64,000 nt of DNA, taken from positions 8,357 through 72,356 of the forward strand of contig JAEZCJ010000120.1 in the NCBI GenBank assembly GCA_023433615.1. Reading direction: 5' to 3'. The notes beneath the pieces are model-generated. The model made no database searches and was not told the origin of the DNA. It was given only the letters and a program-made list of their open reading frames with translations. This stretch comes from Bacillota bacterium (GTDB taxonomy: Bacteria > Bacillota > Bacilli > Paenibacillales > Paenibacillaceae). The translations under genes were made by a program, and so were the position numbers. This document shows positions 60,768-64,000 of the stretch, one piece after another; within the stretch, counting starts at the first letter, position 1, and every line of letters begins with the position of its first letter.

Positions 60768-60808
60768 GGCGGCGAGCCTGGAAGCATATATGCTTCCGGG
60801 CCGCCGCC
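60768..60808. terminator. Long GC-rich palindromic hairpin after the HD-GYP gene (terminator-like, no U-tract)
   Basis: GGCGGC-GA-GCC-T-GGAAGCATA / TATGCTTCC-G-GGC-C-GCCGCC. The central 18 nt, GGAAGCATATATGCTTCC, is a perfect palindrome. Confidence 0.5.
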
Positions 60809-60833
60809 TGCTCGCGTTAAGGAGAAGCTTCAT

Positions 60834-60863
60834 TTGCCAACGGCATGGAGTGGACATTACAAT
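60834..60863 (+). promoter_or_regulatory. Candidate sigma-A promoter for the radical SAM gene
   Basis: TTGCCA (60834-60839), an 18-nt spacer, then TACAAT (60858-60863), 59 nt upstream of ATG 60923. Confidence 0.4.
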
Positions 60864-60922
60864 AGAAAGACAGAGATTCAAGCTGCCGCTATCATATCAT
60901 CCTCGGGAAATAGGAGCTTACC

Positions 60923-62044
60923 ATGAACGATACAGCCACACGATACACCGCGAATCCGGACCAAGATCCATGGGATCCGATCCGGTCGCTGGAACGGCAC
61001 GGCCGACATGTCTTGACGAGCGTCGAGATGACGGTGTCGAACCTCTGCAACATGCGCTGCGAGCATTGCGCGGTCGGCGAGACCTTGGTCTCCCGCGAGC
61101 CTGAGAAGATACCGCTGGACCTGATGCTTCGGCGGTTGGACGAGGTCGAGCACCTGGAGACGATCAGCATCACGGGCGGCGAACCGTCGTTCTCGGAGCG
61201 TACCGTCAGCGAATACATCCTGCCGATTCTGCAGTATGCCAGAAGCCGAGGCATTCGCTCGCAGATCAATTCCAATCTCACGCTGGATTATGCGCGATAC
61301 GAGCTGATCGCGGACGTGCTTGACGTTATGCATATCTCGTACAACTACATGTCGCCGGACGATTTTCACCAGATCGGCTTCGGCAGATCCCCCCATCCCG
61401 TCACGAAGGAAACGGCCTATCGCTTATATGAACGCATGATCGACAACGCGCGCAGACTGAGCGCCGGAGGGCTGTTCGTGTCGGCGGAGTCGATGATCAA
61501 CTATCGGACCCATGAATCGATTGCCGGCATTCACCGCGATATCGTGGATATGGGCTGCAAGCGGCATGAGGTGCATCCGATGTATCCAAGCGCATTCGCG
61601 TCTAATCTGCCGATGCTGACGCGCGAGCAGATGGCCGCCGCCGTCGGCAGGCTGCTCGATGCCCGCGACGAATCGGTGTGGATGCTGTTCGGCACGCTCC
61701 CCTTCTTCCCTTGCAGCGCCAGCGACGAGGAGAGGGCGCTTGTCGCACGGTTAGCCGGGGAACGAGGCGTAACGGTACGCAATGACCCCGACGGCCGCAA
61801 TCGGTTGAACGTTAACCTGTTCACGGGCGATGTATTCGTGACCGACTTCGCGGATGTGCCGGCCTTCGGCAACGTGAAGGGTGAACGGCTGGATGACGTG
61901 TTCGACCGCTGGCTGGCAGGACCGCTCGCGCAGAGCGTGAACTGCCATTGCCCGGAAGCGAGCTGCTGCGGACCGAACCTGCTGGTGAAGTCCATGTATT
62001 ATGCGGATACGAATTTTAGAGATCGCCGAGCCATCCTGGCATAA
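60923..62044 (+). CDS. yfkA: Radical SAM / CxCxxxxC-motif protein (YfkAB family)
   Basis: Radical SAM cluster CNMRCEHC near the N-terminus and a C-terminal CHCPEASC (CxCxxxxC). 373 aa. RBS AGGAG. Confidence 0.85.
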   Translation: MNDTATRYTANPDQDPWDPIRSLERHGRHVLTSVEMTVSNLCNMRCEHCAVGETLVSREPEKIPLDLMLRRLDEVEHLETISITGGEPSFSERTVSEYILPILQYARSRGIRSQINSNLTLDYARYELIADVLDVMHISYNYMSPDDFHQIGFGRSPHPVTKETAYRLYERMIDNARRLSAGGLFVSAESMINYRTHESIAGIHRDIVDMGCKRHEVHPMYPSAFASNLPMLTREQMAAAVGRLLDARDESVWMLFGTLPFFPCSASDEERALVARLAGERGVTVRNDPDGRNRLNVNLFTGDVFVTDFADVPAFGNVKGERLDDVFDRWLAGPLAQSVNCHCPEASCCGPNLLVKSMYYADTNFRDRRAILA

Positions 62045-62145
62045 TCACGAGACGAGCGAATACGAGTAGGTATTAGAATCCATGCAGGCCGCGTACGCGA
62101 TGAAGGAGCGCGGTCTAGGGAAAAAGCGAGGCGAAGATAGCCGTC

Positions 62146-63177
62146 ATGTCCATTCGAACGATCATCATGCTAGCGGTTGGGCTAGTGCTTCTGTATCTGT
62201 TCTTCACGGTCGGTGCCCCATTCATGCTGGCGCTTGTCGTGGCGATCTTCATCGAGCCGCTGACTACGCTGCTCATCAAGCGAGCCCGCATGAACCGGAT
62301 TGCCGCCGCCACCGTGTCGAGCACGGTGTTCACGCTAATTACGCTCGGGCTGATCGCCCTGCTAGGCGCCCGCATATTCGCCGAGCTCGTTGCTTTCTGG
62401 AACCGCGCGCCGGCTTACGTGCAGGAGGCAAGCAAGTATATCCAGATCAAAATGGACGACGCGCGCAATCTCTTCGAGCATCTGCCGCCGGAGAGCGCCG
62501 CGCAGCTCGATGAGTGGATGTCGGGATTGACGAGCCAGCTCACGTCCGCCATATCGGGATTGTCCGGCTTCTTCCTGAACTTTGCGGCGGGGATTCCGAA
62601 TCTGTTCATTTTCTTCATCGTGTTCCTCGTAGCGGTCTATATGTTCAGCTTCAGTCTGAACACGATGAAGGATTCCTTCCTATCGATGTTCGAAGACGAG
62701 TCCCGCCCCAAGGTCGATGAGGTGCTGCAGAACTTGCGCAAATCGATCTTCGGCTTCCTCCGCTCGCAGCTGATCTTGAGCATCCTGACCTACATCATTA
62801 CGCTGGCGGGATTTCTGGTCCTCGGCGTGAAGTTTCCGCTGGCCATCGCGCTGCTCGTCGTGATCGTCGATATTTTGCCGATTCTCGGCACGGGATCCGT
62901 TCTTGTGCCATGGGCAAGCTACCAGATTCTGACGGGCGATACATTCACCGGGGTAGGGCTGATCGTGCTGTTCATCGTCATTACGGTGTTCCGCCGGGTC
63001 GTCGAACCCAAGGTGCTGGGCGATGCCGTCGGCATCGGGGCATTGCCGGCGCTCATCAGCTTATACGTCGGGTTGAAGCTCGTCGGGCTCATCGGCGTAT
63101 TCTTAGGCCCGTTGGTCGTCATTATCTACATGGCCGCGCGCAAGGCCGGCCTGTTCCAGACGCGAATTAAGCTATAG
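62146..63177 (+). CDS. ytvI: Sporulation integral membrane protein YtvI (AI-2E/PerM family)
   Basis: 343 aa with about 8 TM segments. LVVIVDILPILGTGSVLVPW is the family hallmark. Confidence 0.85.
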   Translation: MSIRTIIMLAVGLVLLYLFFTVGAPFMLALVVAIFIEPLTTLLIKRARMNRIAAATVSSTVFTLITLGLIALLGARIFAELVAFWNRAPAYVQEASKYIQIKMDDARNLFEHLPPESAAQLDEWMSGLTSQLTSAISGLSGFFLNFAAGIPNLFIFFIVFLVAVYMFSFSLNTMKDSFLSMFEDESRPKVDEVLQNLRKSIFGFLRSQLILSILTYIITLAGFLVLGVKFPLAIALLVVIVDILPILGTGSVLVPWASYQILTGDTFTGVGLIVLFIVITVFRRVVEPKVLGDAVGIGALPALISLYVGLKLVGLIGVFLGPLVVIIYMAARKAGLFQTRIKL

Positions 63178-63210
63178 CGACGCTATAAGTAGGATACATG
63201 ATAATGTTGA

Positions 63211-63245
63211 GAAGTCTGTCCTCCAGGGGCAGGCTTCTTTTTGTT
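63211..63245 (+). terminator. Rho-independent terminator after ytvI
   Basis: GAAGTCTGTCC (63211-63221), loop TCCA, GGGGCAGGCTTC (11 pairs including two G-U), then TTTTTGTT. Confidence 0.8.
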
Positions 63246-63316
63246 GAGCGGCAGGGCAGGCCGGGCCGGGTCGGGCCAAGTCAGAGGGGGCGAGCGGTAT
63301 GATTTTGATGCAAATT

Positions 63317-63479
63317 GTACCGTTAAATTTCCCATATACGATTGTTTTAGGCTATTAGTGTAAAAAAGTACATCTATTCACGTGAGAAGCGTTAGAATGC
63401 CGAAAATCTCAGAATTTAATGGTAGAAAACTACACTACTCCGTTACTTTGCTGAGGTTGATGAATTTAATGGTAGGAAA
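63317..63479. repeat. AT-rich intergenic element carrying three copies of a 14-18-nt motif (two direct, one inverted)
   Basis: GAATTTAATGGTAGAAAA occurs at 63412-63429 and GAATTTAATGGTAGGAAA at 63462-63479 (50-nt period). An inverted copy, GTACCGTTAAATTT, lies at 63317-63330 (11/14 match). A GC-rich GGCNG-type run at 63250-63277 precedes it. Confidence 0.5.
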
Positions 63480-63627
63480 TGCAGTTAACGACTCCGCAAA
63501 ACGGCACCACGATACGCTTTAGCTTGCCAAACCCCATTCCGCAACTCAACTAGCCAGCGAATGGGCTCCTTTTCTCGAATCGGAGTGTACAGGTTTACGA
63601 AATTATTCATTCGCGGGACGGTGGACA

Positions 63628-63658
63628 GGCAGATTGCGAGGCAATGCGACATAGGAAT
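63628..63658 (+). promoter_or_regulatory. Candidate sigma-E-type promoter for the cotJ operon
   Basis: GGCAGATT (63628-63635), a 14-nt spacer, then CATAGGAAT (63650-63658). This resembles the B. subtilis SigE consensus (GkCATATT-N14-CATACAhT). cotJ is SigE-dependent in B. subtilis. Confidence 0.35.
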
Positions 63659-63700
63659 AGATGAATCGGAAAATGCAGGCAGCTTAAGGAGGTCGTACGC

Positions 63701-63928
63701 ATGCAGAATCAGGTGCGTGAATGGTGTCCGTTCGTCGGCCCGTTCGATCCATGCCCGCCCATGCGCGTGAAGTATTATGTCGTTCCGCCCAACCTTTTTA
63801 TCCCGTTCCAGCCGCCTAACCTCCCTCAATATCCGCTTCATGAAGCATTGCGGCGCGGCACGCTCTGGCCGGCACTGTTCAGCCCCTACGAATCGCGAAT
63901 GCTGGAAGGGAGGAGGGAGGAGCCATGA
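63701..63928 (+). CDS. cotJA: Spore coat-associated protein CotJA
   Basis: 75 aa. PFVGPFDPCPPMRVKYYVVPPNLFIPFQPPNLPQYPLHEALRRGTLWPALFSPY matches the CotJA pattern. RBS AAGGAGG. Confidence 0.85.
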   Translation: MQNQVREWCPFVGPFDPCPPMRVKYYVVPPNLFIPFQPPNLPQYPLHEALRRGTLWPALFSPYESRMLEGRREEP

Positions 63929-64000
63929 GCGAGCAGGTCGTGTTGAACGAACAATACTACCGGATGCTGGAGGAGCTGCAGCAGCTCGACTTCGCATTGG
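63925..64000 (+). CDS. cotJB: Spore coat protein CotJB, 5' part (truncated by the window edge)
   Basis: ATGA overlap with cotJA. MSEQVVLNEQYYRMLEELQQLDFAL matches the CotJB N-terminus (YYxLLxxLQxxDFxL). Confidence 0.8.
   Translation, partial: MSEQVVLNEQYYRMLEELQQLDFAL

Noticed and set aside
63412-63479. Possible CRISPR array, from the two 18-nt direct repeats 50 nt apart.
   Set aside because: There are only two copies, the repeats are too short and AT-rich, no cas genes are present, and a third copy is inverted. I class it as a generic intergenic repeat.
63485-63997. A 170-aa minus-strand ORF spanning the cotJA region.
   Set aside because: It is antisense to a clearly recognisable cotJA-cotJB pair. 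Its composition is Arg/Pro/Ala-rich and it has no RBS.

Overview
This is a chromosomal segment of a fairly GC-rich, spore-forming Firmicute. Gene content and order look Paenibacillus/Cohnella-like, but that is inference only. I call about 57 protein genes and see no rRNA, tRNA, CRISPR array, transposase or integrase. Blocks from left to right: (1) the tail of a sugar ABC transporter and a NIF3-like gene. (2) An aldouronate/xylo-oligosaccharide utilisation locus: YesN-like AraC response regulator, YesM-like kinase, LplA/LplB/YtcP-like ABC transporter, GH67 alpha-glucuronidase, GH8 Rex-type exo-oligoxylanase, a convergent GH51 arabinofuranosidase, and an ArsR-type regulator with a large extra domain. 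(3) A LysR regulator divergent from a short Zn-ribbon ThrC-like PLP enzyme plus a SAM methyltransferase. (4) A circularly permuted ATP-grasp / alpha-E / transglutaminase operon, conserved but biochemically uncharacterised. (5) spoVR and hflKC. (6) A sensory island: degenerate HD-GYP-like protein, OmpR regulator, and two divergent hybrid histidine kinases, one of which carries an HPt domain. (7) MFS transporter, yhbH, a hypoxanthine-DNA-glycosylase-like gene, small membrane proteins and a PAS-GGDEF-EAL protein. (8) yunC, mtnKA, a DUF1802-like gene and sufCDSUB. (9) A guanidine-I (ykkC) riboswitch with ykkCD exporter genes and a deaminase, in a lower-GC patch. (10) NlpC/P60 lipoprotein, HD-GYP, moeB, a moaD-moaE fusion, moaA, a yunD-like 5'-nucleotidase, a second HD-GYP, yfkAB-type radical SAM, ytvI, a long repeat-bearing intergenic region, and cotJA-cotJB. 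I see no clear defence or mobile system. The best candidates for under-described biology are the ATP-grasp/alpha-E/transglutaminase operon, the multi-step phosphorelay island with a degenerate HD-GYP paralog, and several structured repeat elements in intergenic spacers. All start codons were chosen by eye from RBS spacing and are less certain than the stops.
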